Below, in pieces: positions 1 to 10,076 of a stretch of 38,773 bases of DNA. The translations under genes were made by a program, and so were the position numbers. Origin of the DNA: Octopus bimaculoides. Lineage: Eukaryota. Below the pieces are notes generated by a model. It saw only the letters and a program-made list of their open reading frames with translations, did no database searches and had not been told where the DNA came from. The stretch is taken from contig NC_068981.1 of the NCBI RefSeq assembly GCF_001194135.2, positions 167,969,830-168,008,602 of the forward strand. The letters are read 5' to 3'. Each line of letters opens with the position of its first letter. Position 1 is the first letter of the stretch.

Positions 1-310
1 ATATATAAATGACGCATTGTTATACGTAAATGGATGTATGAATATGTATATGGATGTTTTGAGGTATCATTTATGATGTCTGTTGAGATACACAACTCAC
101 CCACACATAAAAAAATATATAACACTACACGCACCTACGCACACACACATACACACATACACACAAACGTGTGTACTCGCGCAAGCTTGTGGGTATATGG
201 ATGGTTGCATGTGTGTGAGTACGAGCGTTCCTGAGTGTGTGTGTATGTGTATGTATGCATGCATGGATGTGCGTTTGTGTACCCGCGCATGTAAACGAAT
301 TCATACACAA

Positions 311-372
311 TTTCTTTATTTGTCTAGTTGATTCAGCAATCATGATCACGACCATGCTGGAGTACAGCCTTC
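311..372 (-). mobile_element. SINE 3' tail fragment (tail type C)
   Basis: The reverse complement aaggctgtactccagcatggtc...gctgaatcaac matches the tails gtgccccagcatggcc (17618) and gtgtccctgcgtggcc (36902). Confidence 0.45.
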
Positions 373-608
373 TACTTAATTTACTTATTTATTTATTTTT
401 CCTCTACATACACAGCGAAGGATTTGATTCTTGTTGTACTTTCTATCTTTCCTTGGCGTTTATTCCATTCATTTTTTTTCTAACTCCTAAACTTTCTTTC
501 CATCTGAAGTTGTTTATTCTGAAAGCAATCGATCTTAAGCTACCCAGCTCAACATTATAATAACTAATTCATCGCCATCTTTTCTTTTTTTCTCCTCCTC
601 CCCTTCAT

Positions 609-627
609 ATTATTATCATTATTATTA

Positions 628-715
<88 letters not shown>

Positions 716-749
716 CATCATTATTATTATTATTATTATTGTTCAGTAG

Positions 750-803
<54 letters not shown>

Positions 804-805
804 AT
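609..805. repeat. (ATT)n microsatellite
   Basis: Directly visible, with minor interruptions. Confidence 0.97.
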
Positions 806-808
806 TAT

Positions 809-915
809 AAGGCGGCGAGCTGGCAGAAACGTTAGCACGCCGAACGAAATGCTTAGCGGTGTTTCGTCTGTCTTTATGTTCTGTGTTCAAATTCCGCCGA
901 GGTCAACTTTGCTTT
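809..915 (+). mobile_element. tRNA-derived SINE family 1, 5' half; truncated by the N gap at 916
   Basis: Head aaggcggcgagctggcagaaacgttagcacgcc, B-box-like gtgttcaaattcc, then gccgaggtcaactttgcttt. Near-identical to the copies at 7089 and 36139. Confidence 0.9.
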
Positions 916-1564
916 NNNNNNNNNNNNNNNNNNNNNNNNNNNNNNNNNNNNNNNNNNNNNNNNNNNNNNNNNNNNNNNNNNNNNNNNNNNNNNNNNNNNN
1001 NNNNNNNNNNNNNNNNNNNNNNNNNNNNNNNNNNNNNNNNNNNNNNNNNNNNNNNNNNNNNNNNNNNNNNNNNNNNNNNNNNNNNNNNNNNNNNNNNNNN
1101 NNNNNNNNNNNNNNNNNNNNNNNNNNNNNNNNNNNNNNNNNNNNNNNNNNNNNNNNNNNNNNNNNNNNNNNNNNNNNNNNNNNNNNNNNNNNNNNNNNNN
1201 NNNNNNNNNNNNNNNNNNNNNNNNNNNNNNNNNNNNNNNNNNNNNNNNNNNNNNNNNNNNNNNNNNNNNNNNNNNNNNNNNNNNNNNNNNNNNNNNNNNN
1301 NNNNNNNNNNNNNNNNNNNNNNNNNNNNNNNNNNNNNNNNNNNNNNNNNNNNNNNNNNNNNNNNNNNNNNNNNNNNNNNNNNNNNNNNNNNNNNNNNNNN
1401 NNNNNNNNNNNNNNNNNNNNNNNNNNNNNNNNNNNNNNNNNNNNNNNNNNNNNNNNNNNNNNNNNNNNNNNNNNNNNNNNNNNNNNNNNNNNNNNNNNNN
1501 NNNNNNNNNNNNNNNNNNNNNNNNNNNNNNNNNNNNNNNNNNNNNNNNNNNNNNNNNNNNNNNN

Positions 1565-1575
1565 GAGAGTTATGA

Positions 1576-1614
<39 letters not shown>

Positions 1615-1815
1615 GTGGAAGAGTGATGATGATGGTGGTCGTGGTTGAGGTAATGATGGTGGTGGTCGTGGTTGAGGTAGTTGTGATAGTAGCACTGGTG
1701 ATGATAGTAGTAGTGGTGGTGGTGGTGGTGGTGGTACTAATTGCGGTAGTAGTAGTGGTGATGGTAGTAGTAGTAGCAGCAGCAGCAGTTTGTTTTTATA
1801 GTAGAAGTAGTAGTA
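1565..1815. repeat. Compound (GTA)/(GTG)/(GCA)n low-complexity tract
   Basis: Directly visible. Confidence 0.9.
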
Positions 1816-1958
1816 CGTATGACTGCCACTTCTACTTTTCTCCTTTTTCTAGATAATTGCCATCATTTACTGAAATTTGCATAGAATAATTTGCTTTGCA
1901 ATTTAGTTATGTCGAGTATCGAATACCGCTAGTATGAGGTTTTCTTCTTTTCATACAA

Positions 1959-1959
<1 letters not shown>

Positions 1960-2007
<48 letters not shown>
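1960..2007. repeat. (CA)n microsatellite abutting a gap
   Basis: Directly visible. Confidence 0.97.
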
Positions 2008-2853
2008 NNNNNNNNNNNNNNNNNNNNNNNNNNNNNNNNNNNNNNNNNNNNNNNNNNNNNNNNNNNNNNNNNNNNNNNNNNNNNNNNNNNNNNNNNNNNN
2101 NNNNNNNNNNNNNNNNNNNNNNNNNNNNNNNNNNNNNNNNNNNNNNNNNNNNNNNNNNNNNNNNNNNNNNNNNNNNNNNNNNNNNNNNNNNNNNNNNNNN
2201 NNNNNNNNNNNNNNNNNNNNNNNNNNNNNNNNNNNNNNNNNNNNNNNNNNNNNNNNNNNNNNNNNNNNNNNNNNNNNNNNNNNNNNNNNNNNNNNNNNNN
2301 NNNNNNNNNNNNNNNNNNNNNNNNNNNNNNNNNNNNNNNNNNNNNNNNNNNNNNNNNNNNNNNNNNNNNNNNNNNNNNNNNNNNNNNNNNNNNNNNNNNN
2401 NNNNNNNNNNNNNNNNNNNNNNNNNNNNNNNNNNNNNNNNNNNNNNNNNNNNNNNNNNNNNNNNNNNNNNNNNNNNNNNNNNNNNNNNNNNNNNNNNNNN
2501 NNNNNNNNNNNNNNNNNNNNNNNNNNNNNNNNNNNNNNNNNNNNNNNNNNNNNNNNNNNNNNNNNNNNNNNNNNNNNNNNNNNNNNNNNNNNNNNNNNNN
2601 NNNNNNNNNNNNNNNNNNNNNNNNNNNNNNNNNNNNNNNNNNNNNNNNNNNNNNNNNNNNNNNNNNNNNNNNNNNNNNNNNNNNNNNNNNNNNNNNNNNN
2701 NNNNNNNNNNNNNNNNNNNNNNNNNNNNNNNNNNNNNNNNNNNNNNNNNNNNNNNNNNNNNNNNNNNNNNNNNNNNNNNNNNNNNNNNNNNNAAAAGACA
2801 TACTTCCAATAATCGGTATAATTCAAAGGAAATGCATTTTAATGAACTGCATG

Positions 2854-2854
<1 letters not shown>

Positions 2855-2888
<34 letters not shown>

Positions 2889-2930
2889 TTTCTCTCCCGC
2901 CCTCCCCTTTTTCTCTCTCTCCCTCTCACT
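2855..2930. repeat. (CT)n pyrimidine tract
   Basis: Directly visible. Confidence 0.9.
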
Positions 2931-3104
2931 CATTCTTGCATTCACTTATACACACACACACATCCACACATCCACACATCCCGTCATTTATACTAATGAC
3001 TGCTAAATGAAGAAATACTTCAATGACAGATTTCAAAACAGATCAAAAAATGAAAAACGTTTCTTTTATACGCATCAGGCAAAAACATTCACCCTGAAAG
3101 AAAC

Positions 3105-3195
3105 TCGATTATATCGACTTCAGTACTTGGCCGATACTTATTTCATCGATTCTACGATATGTAAAAGGCAAAGTAGGCGAGATTTGAACTCAAAA
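3105..3195 (-). mobile_element. Degenerate SINE family 1 fragment
   Basis: gatttgaactc (reverse B box) preceded by atcgacttcagtact...tttcatcgat, resembling the reversed SINE body. Boundaries approximate. Confidence 0.45.
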
Positions 3196-3280
3196 ATAAT
3201 AACCCGGAAATAATATAACAAGACATTTTATCCAGGCTCTGTAATGACGACCATTTCATCGCCTTAGCGCATGTAATAGT

Positions 3281-3500
3281 TTTTTTTTTTCTACTATAGT
3301 CTTAAGGCCTGAAATTTGAAGGAGGGAGCTCGTCTTAAACATTAATCCAAGTGCTCAACTAATACTTATTTTATCGACCCTAAAAGGATGAAAAGCAACG
3401 TGAACATCAGCGGAATTTGAAATCAGAAGTTAAAGAGCCGGAATACATGCCGTTAAGGATTTTGTCCGGTTCCATAACAATTCCGCAAGCTCGCCGCCTT
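3281..3500 (-). mobile_element. SINE family 1, full-length diverged copy (tail type A)
   Basis: The reverse complement reads aaggcggcgagcttgcggaattgtta...gatttcaaattccgc...cttttcatccttttagggtcgataaaataagt...aaatttcaggcc...tatagtagaaa. Confidence 0.88.
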
Positions 3501-3540
3501 AATGTATGCAATAATAATAACTTATTATTTTGACACAAGG

Positions 3541-3720
3541 CCGGCAATTCTGATACGAAGGCATTGTCGATTTCATCGTCCCAGTACTTGACTAGTACTT
3601 TATTTTATTGACATCGAAAGAATGAGAGGTAACGCTGACCATGGTGTCATTTGAAAGCAGACGAGCGGAAAAATTAATTCCAAAGCATTTTGTTCGATGT
3701 TCTAACGATTCTGCCAGTCC
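3541..3720 (-). mobile_element. SINE family 1, diverged copy
   Basis: The reverse complement reads ctggcagaatcgttagaacatcgaacaaaatgcttt...tcattctttcgatgtcaataaaataaagtactagtcaagtactggg. Boundaries approximate. Confidence 0.8.
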
Positions 3721-4413
3721 CCAATCTTTTTAATACCAATATTCATATTTGAAAAACCTAAAAGAATAGGTGCAAGCGCTAATGTTTATAAAACATGTGA
3801 CATATTAATAAAAATCTGTAAATGTACAACCATCCAGATATCTGAGTACCTTATTATTTTTTCTAATATATAATTCCTGTACATCACCTCCAAACCATCC
3901 AATATATATCTTTATATATATANNNNNNNNNNNNNNNNNNNNNNNNNNNNNNNNNNNNNNNNNNNNNNNNNNNNNNNNNNNNNNNNNNNNNNNNNNNNNN
4001 NNNNNNNNNNNNNNNNNNNNNNNNNNNNNNNNNNNNNNNNNNNNNNNNNNNNNNNNNNNNNNNNNNNNNNNNNNNNNNNNNNNNNNNNNNNNNNNNNNNN
4101 NNNNNNNNNNNNNNNNNNNNNNNNNNNNNNNNNNNNNNNNNNNNNNNNNNNNNNNNNNNNNNNNNNNNNNNNNNNNNNNNNNNNNNNNNNNNNNNNNNNN
4201 NNNNNNNNNNNNNNNNNNNNNNNNNNNNNNNNNNNNNNNNNNNNNNNNNNNNNNNNNNNNNNNNNNNNNNNNNNNNNNNNNNNNNNNNNNNNNNNNNNNN
4301 NNNNNNNNNNNNNNNNNNNNNNNNNNNNNNNNNNNNNNNNNNNNNNNNNNNNNNNNNNNNNNNNNNNNNNNNNNNNNNNNNNNNNNNNNNNNNNNNNNNN
4401 NNNNNNNNNNNNN

Positions 4414-4473
<60 letters not shown>

Positions 4474-5192
4474 CTGTATGTCTGTATGTATGTATATATA
4501 AGAAATTAAAGAAGGAAAACGCACACACTTTATATGCAAATCGCAAATATTTAATTTTGACTGTGAAAAGCCTCGTAGAAAATGTAACAACATTACTCCT
4601 TTTTTGAACTTAAGTTTTTGTGAAGATTCGTCTTAGTAATTCTCTAGTGATATTTCAAGGTTATTTCTATAGATATTTCATAGAAATTATAGCCAGCACT
4701 GATTTTTTGCTAAGTTTCGTAACAAAAGAATGTAAAAAGTACTGCTAGCGCAGTAGAACGTGGTATTGACTTACGAAACATTTAATATACTTTATAGTAT
4801 AGTCTTCATCCACATAAATGTCAGTCGCTGGAGTCTCTCAAGAAAATATGTGAGGTTTGTTGTTCTGTTCCGTCTCTAAATGGGTAAAATCTATTCTACG
4901 TTATCCAATTATTCGATTCATTACTCATGATTATTTATATATATTCTTTTGGGGGATCTTTTGGCAATTTTCTTTTCATCTGTAGTGTCACATCTTCCTT
5001 CTGTGTATTCCAATACTGTACATTACGCTTATGTAATGCTTACTTGTATCGGAGCATAATTCAGACAAATTATATTATTAGAACAACGGTTTCTCTAGAA
5101 AATTCCCCGTGTGGATAGAGAAAGCTGGTATCTACAGTTTCATTAATTGTACGTGGTAGAACTGTGTTTGATTAAGAACAAACTTCAGGCTC

Positions 5193-5193
5193 T

Positions 5194-5226
<33 letters not shown>

Positions 5227-5236
5227 NNNNNNNNNN

Positions 5237-5267
<31 letters not shown>

Positions 5268-5346
5268 CAGCAGCAGTAGCAGCAGTGCAGTAGTGCAGTA
5301 GTAGCAGCAGCAGCAGCAGTGCAGGAGTAGTAGTAGTAGTAGTAGT

Positions 5347-5379
<33 letters not shown>

Positions 5380-5389
5380 NNNNNNNNNN

Positions 5390-5457
<68 letters not shown>
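5193..5457. repeat. Compound (GTA)n/(GCA)n microsatellite with two small N gaps
   Basis: Directly visible. Confidence 0.95.
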
Positions 5458-6694
5458 CATGCGCTGTAACAGCGTCTCGCTGCATCCACCATTTCTTGCT
5501 GATTAACACCTTTGCACCACATAGGCAACAACCCTCCAACTCATGGATCTGTTTGGGTAGCCGTTGCTGGTGATGGGTTTACGAGGTCGGAGTGCAAATT
5601 CTAGCTCAGCCTCTTTTCGTCGCTTTTTACAAGATGTTCTTTGACATGTCGGTTCCCACCCAGCAGATCTGGCCAGAATGAGAAGTATGAGAATGAATAT
5701 ATGATTTGATACATTTGATAACCTATTACGTTATATCCAAAACGATAGAACGTGTCATATTTCATGGCAATATCATTTTAATATTTTAGACAATAAACTA
5801 GGCTAACACATCTTTGGTTATTGCATGGACAGTTTTTGAGTTATCTTTGGTGTTTATTCATATCTACCCACAGTAGCAAGTTTCAGCTCTGTTTTTAAGC
5901 TCTAAAAATACTGGCTGCACACACGCATTGCTGGTCTACTTATTTTTATTATTAGGTGTCTGAAAGATGGAGAGACAGAGAGAGAGACGGGCAGACAAAT
6001 AAACTACGACTGAATTTTCGGTGTTTGTGACTGGTGTAAGGGGTACGCACGTTGTATGAGCACGTATCTGTGTAAAGAATTAAACTGACATTTTAAATAT
6101 CTTTGTTGTGTGGGGGATTCTGAAAACTGGTGTTTTAGCCATATTTCATATTTACATGTTTTCTGAAGACGTGATGAAAAACTAAAAGGTGAATAGAATC
6201 GTATATAGATATAAAAATCAATAATAAGCTAATAAAGAGATATGTGAAAATGTAAGTTTACATAAAGGCACGTGTCATGTTACAAGATGTATCATTTGTA
6301 CAAAGTGTAATGTTTCAAATTTTAAAAGCAGTTTTTTGCATATTATAATTCTACATATTGTATAATGTGTCGTAAAATGCCTCATAAATCTTCTAACAAC
6401 TATAAAATAATTTAAGGCAAAATTTCACTTACATTTTATTATTGTGTGATAACCTATTTTAATACAAGACAGAACATTTAATAGAGATGAGTTAAATTTG
6501 TGTGATATTATTCGTATTGGTGGTCCTAAATAGTGTAAATTGACTTCCATTGGGAAATGAAACCGTTTCAGTCGATACAACCCTAAGCTCACGTGGCTTA
6601 GTCTATATTTCTTGTTTTCCTTTTGTTCTCACTTACATCACTTACAGCCTTGAGAAAGTTATGTCATTAATTTTTAGTTTCCTCTTTACATAAA

Positions 6695-7030
6695 CAGGCA
6701 TGCCTCAATTTACGTCGGTAACTTTGTTCCTAGACATGCAACTTAACTCGAATATTTACGAAACACAAAAATAATCTTTCTTTTTTAATTTATTAGCTCA
6801 TATCTGTTTCAATAAATAGTTTGTACTTACTTTCAGATGTATTTTATTCGATTTTACACTTCAGTTTTTTTAAAAAAAGATCTCCACACTTTCCAGTATG
6901 TTCGATGAAACCGACGTAAATCGGATAAATCAAATAAGCTGAGGTTTATTTTTCCCATTAATATCTTTAAAAATACGACGTAAAGTCGAAACAGACGTAA
7001 CTCGAAGCAACGTAATTTGAGGTATGCCTG
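6695..7030. mobile_element. Tigger/pogo-like non-autonomous DNA transposon (MITE), 336 bp
   Basis: 23-bp TIRs: caggcatgcctcaatttacgtcg (6695-6717) and the reverse complement of 7008-7030, caggcatacctcaaattacgttg (20/23 match). Subterminal gacgtaa repeats are present. The CAGGCATACCTC terminus resembles human Tigger1 (from memory). Both flanks are AA rather than the expected TA. Confidence 0.75.
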
Positions 7031-7088
7031 AATAAGGTGTTTGTACTTAATAAAAAGTAACTAAGCTAAACCAACATTTAGCCAGTAT

Positions 7089-7285
7089 AAGGCGGCGAGC
7101 TGGCAGAAATGCTTAGCGAATTTTCGTCTGTCTTTACGTTCTGAGTTCAAATTCCAACGAGGTCGACTTTGCCTTTCATCCTTTCGGAGTCGATAAATTA
7201 AATACCAGTTACGTACTGGGGTCGATCTAATCGACTGGCCCCCTCCCCAAAAATTTCGGGTTTTGTGCCTAGAGTATAAAAGAAT
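7089..7285 (+). mobile_element. SINE family 1, young copy with 13-bp target-site duplication and a 20-nt internal deletion
   Basis: TSD atttagccagtat at 7076-7088 and 7286-7298. B box gagttcaaattcc. Relative to the 809 copy, cgttagcacgccgaacgaaa is missing at a GAAA microhomology. Confidence 0.93.
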
Positions 7286-7334
7286 ATTTAGCCAGTATTT
7301 AACCATTCTGTTGTTTTTATAACTCTTTAACAGT

Positions 7335-7360
7335 AATCTTTATTTCTATTTTTCAACAGG
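7335..7360 (+). promoter_or_regulatory. 3' splice acceptor (pyrimidine tract + CAG|G) 24 nt upstream of the SK start codon
   Basis: ctttatttctatttttcaacag|G with AG at 7358-7359. The GTG start given in the ORF track is simply the first exon base. Confidence 0.7.
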
Positions 7361-7383
7361 TGTGGAATCAAGGCTGCACCAAG

Positions 7384-8838
7384 ATGGAAGACATGACATC
7401 CCCGCTTGTCAAATGTGAAGAGGAATATCCGCGCTACACCGACGATCATCCAATGGATATTCGAGCCATTAACACTACAACATTAGACGATGAGTTGGAT
7501 TCGCCATCTGACATCATACCAACTAACAGCGATAACTCATTGGCTCATTGCGCTGGCGGACGTAGCGCCATGGGTGCAGGCGGGAAGAGTTTTGCCAACC
7601 TCGGGTATCGACTTCGTGAACGAAAACTATTAATAGAAAAGAAACGTTGGATTGTTGACTTGGAGGTTGGTCTAGCTCTGATAGGTATTCTGATCATGGT
7701 GGTCGACACTGAGCTGTACTTCCAGAGCTATTACACTATTGACTCTTTACCCTCTCAGTGGCTAAAACTGATGGTATCCATTAGTACTGTAGTCCTTCTT
7801 TTCGTTGTCTGCATGTACTACATGGTGGACATGCAGCTGCGTATGGTCGAACTAGGTCTTCGTTCCTGGAGACTTGCCGTTAGCAAGGGGTTCGTGTTAA
7901 AACTCCTTATTGAAATATTAATATGTTGTGTACATCCGCTACCTATTCATATCGGTACGTTGGAGTTGAAGGCTCCTGAGAAAGCTACTAGAGCATCTCA
8001 TATTGTTGAAGATCCACTGGCAGCCGTCCTGTCCATCCTGATGTTCATGAGACTATATTTAATTGCTCGCTTCATGGTAGTTCATAGTAACGTGCTAATT
8101 GACAGTGCAGTGCAGAGTCTAGGAACTCTCAGCAGGGTCAATATCAATGCACAGTTTGTATTCCGAGCCCTCATGTCCACCTGTCCCGGTGGCGTATTGG
8201 GAATTATAATGGTCAGTGTATTTTTGATTGGTTCTTGGACAATGCGTGCTTGTGAAACCCATTCAGCACCTGGCAGCGATACACATACAATATCGCAGGC
8301 GATGTGGCTGACAGCTGTCACTTTCCTCACATTGGGTTACGGTGACTTAACACCAAGCAGTCGTTGTGGCCGGTTCATTGCAATATGGACCGGGCTCATG
8401 GGGGTTGGTATCACAGCTCTTTGCGTTGCCGTCCTGGCACGAAAATTAGAACAGACTCGGCCGGAAAAATATGTACACACATTTCTACGGCGCATGCGCC
8501 TCGATCAACGACACAAAAATGCAGCCTCAGACGTATTGAAGCAAGCACTCATGATATGGCGGTTGAAAAGAGCGGGCTTGCCAGAATCCAACGCACAGAT
8601 TATGCACCATAGGCGGAAACTAATTGATGCCACAGCGATCATGCGAAGCGCCAAAGAAGTTAGCAGTATGGTAAGAGAAAATACAGTCGGCATTATCGAG
8701 GTGGCCAACAGTGTCAATGAAATCTATAACTTAGTGAAAACTATCAAAGACGAACAGAGAATTATACAGACACGACTATCTTCTCTCGAAGTACACATAA
8801 TGGGTGTGAACAAACAATTACAAATTAACAAATCTTGA
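7384..8838 (+). CDS. KCNN: Small-conductance calcium-activated potassium channel (SK/KCa2-KCa3 family), divergent; coding region in a single exon, 484 aa from the first ATG
   Basis: The translation shows SK motifs in order: pre-S1 LGYRLRERKLLIEKKRWIVD (SK: [21 protein letters not shown]), S1 ...GILIMVVDTEL, S3 IEILICCVHPLP, S4 LSILMFMRLYLIARFMVVHS, S4-S5 FVFRALMSTCPG, pore AMWLTAVTFLTLGYGDLTP (TLGYGD at 8329-8346), S6 TGLMGVGITALCVAVLARKLE, CaM-binding region EKYVHTFL...KNAASDVLK...HRRKL, and a C-terminal heptad segment. The ATG at 7384 has good context (aagATGg). The frame is open back to 7360, so an upstream coding exon could add residues. Reference motifs are from memory. Confidence 0.95.
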   Translation: MEDMTSPLVKCEEEYPRYTDDHPMDIRAINTTTLDDELDSPSDIIPTNSDNSLAHCAGGRSAMGAGGKSFANLGYRLRERKLLIEKKRWIVDLEVGLALIGILIMVVDTELYFQSYYTIDSLPSQWLKLMVSISTVVLLFVVCMYYMVDMQLRMVELGLRSWRLAVSKGFVLKLLIEILICCVHPLPIHIGTLELKAPEKATRASHIVEDPLAAVLSILMFMRLYLIARFMVVHSNVLIDSAVQSLGTLSRVNINAQFVFRALMSTCPGGVLGIIMVSVFLIGSWTMRACETHSAPGSDTHTISQAMWLTAVTFLTLGYGDLTPSSRCGRFIAIWTGLMGVGITALCVAVLARKLEQTRPEKYVHTFLRRMRLDQRHKNAASDVLKQALMIWRLKRAGLPESNAQIMHHRRKLIDATAIMRSAKEVSSMVRENTVGIIEVANSVNEIYNLVKTIKDEQRIIQTRLSSLEVHIMGVNKQLQINKS

Positions 8839-8862
8839 ATATTAAGAAAAAATAATAATATT

Positions 8863-8868
8863 AATAAA
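8863..8868 (+). terminator. Candidate polyadenylation signal AATAAA for the SK transcript
   Basis: AATAAA about 25 nt after the stop codon. The region is AT-rich and another AATAAA lies at about 9302, so specificity is low. Confidence 0.3.
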
Positions 8869-9224
8869 AAGAGGAAATATACACTGTCATTAAGAAAATG
8901 CTGATATTGAGATTATTCTGTTTCAAAATATAATATCAAATTGAAGCCATTGCTAACATATTTTTTTTCTTTTATATTACGTTACTCTTTAAAATGTTAA
9001 CATGATTTGTTATTATTTTTATGAACCAATATTCCACTGTTAAACGGCGTTAGCTACAACACACTCATTTTATATTTCTGGTTTATTAATACTATTTAAA
9101 CAACAATGTTTGCACGCAATCTGACGTTTCGGATAATCATTAATAATTAAAATGATAATGATTGTAATAAGCATGATGATGATCATCATCATGATATAAT
9201 TGCTGCTACCACAATAACGATGCT

Positions 9225-9248
9225 ATAATAATAATAACAATAATAATA

Positions 9249-9295
<47 letters not shown>

Positions 9296-9310
9296 AATAA
9301 TAATAAATAA
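9225..9310. repeat. (ATA)n/(GAT)n microsatellite, possibly within the SK 3' UTR
   Basis: Directly visible. Confidence 0.93.
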
Positions 9311-9931
9311 TAATCTATGTCAGCATTTGATGATGACTGGAAAATATGAGTCACACAAAACAACAAATAACTAAATACAATGAAACTTAAGACACAACCA
9401 AAACGAATGTGATGCATATTCTAACTTAGTCTATAATTTCTATTTAACTGACCAATTTAAAACATGTTATCTCTTCAGGAAGAGAAATCTTGTTGAACAC
9501 TAATTCCTATTTGCCAATATATAAACACGGATTTCTATTTTATTTCCCTTAACTAATAATCTCAAGACAAACATTTATCTAACCTTCCATTTCCTCTTTC
9601 AACCTCTATATCTCTCTTCTGTTTCTTTTTCTCACTATTAGTCTCTTCCTTTCTTTTCTTTCTCACTTTTTATCCTCTTTTCCTTCTCTACATTTCTCTC
9701 TCACCCCATCTCTCTCTCTCTTCGTTTATCTGTTAATCTATCAGTTTATTTCTTTCTACTTATCTTTCTATTTATCTGTCTGTCTATCTGTCTGTCAATC
9801 TATCTATCCTTTCACTTCATCTTTGTTTTTTTCTCCATCTTTCTATTTTTAATTTTCTTTCTCTCTATCTCTCATATCTATCGATCAAGCTCTCTGTATG
9901 TCTATATCTATATTTATCTGTCTATTTATCT

Positions 9932-9932
<1 letters not shown>

Positions 9933-9992
<60 letters not shown>

Positions 9993-10009
9993 NNNNNNNN
10001 NNNNNNNNN

Positions 10010-10075
<66 letters not shown>
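9933..10075. repeat. (TA)n/(CA)n microsatellite block
   Basis: Directly visible. Similar (TA)/(TG)/(CA) blocks flank most gaps, for example near 12345, 13900, 14500, 16650, 18180, 23000, 24130, 25610, 33740 and 36960. Confidence 0.95.

Positions 10076-10076
<1 letters not shown>

Noticed and set aside
809-915. tRNA gene calls for the SINE heads
   Set aside because: A- and B-box-like motifs are present but no cloverleaf forms, and each continues into a SINE body.
5460-5700. Possible LINE (RTE-like) end next to the (GTA)n tract
   Set aside because: Only a vague resemblance; no RT or endonuclease motif could be identified.
7360-7383. GTG at 7360 as the start codon
   Set aside because: It coincides with the first base after a canonical CAG acceptor; the ATG at 7384 has better context.
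8082-8717. Antisense and alternate-frame ORFs inside the SK CDS (8082-8330, 8505-8717, 8364-8612)
   Set aside because: Short shadows of a real coding sequence with no recognisable motifs.
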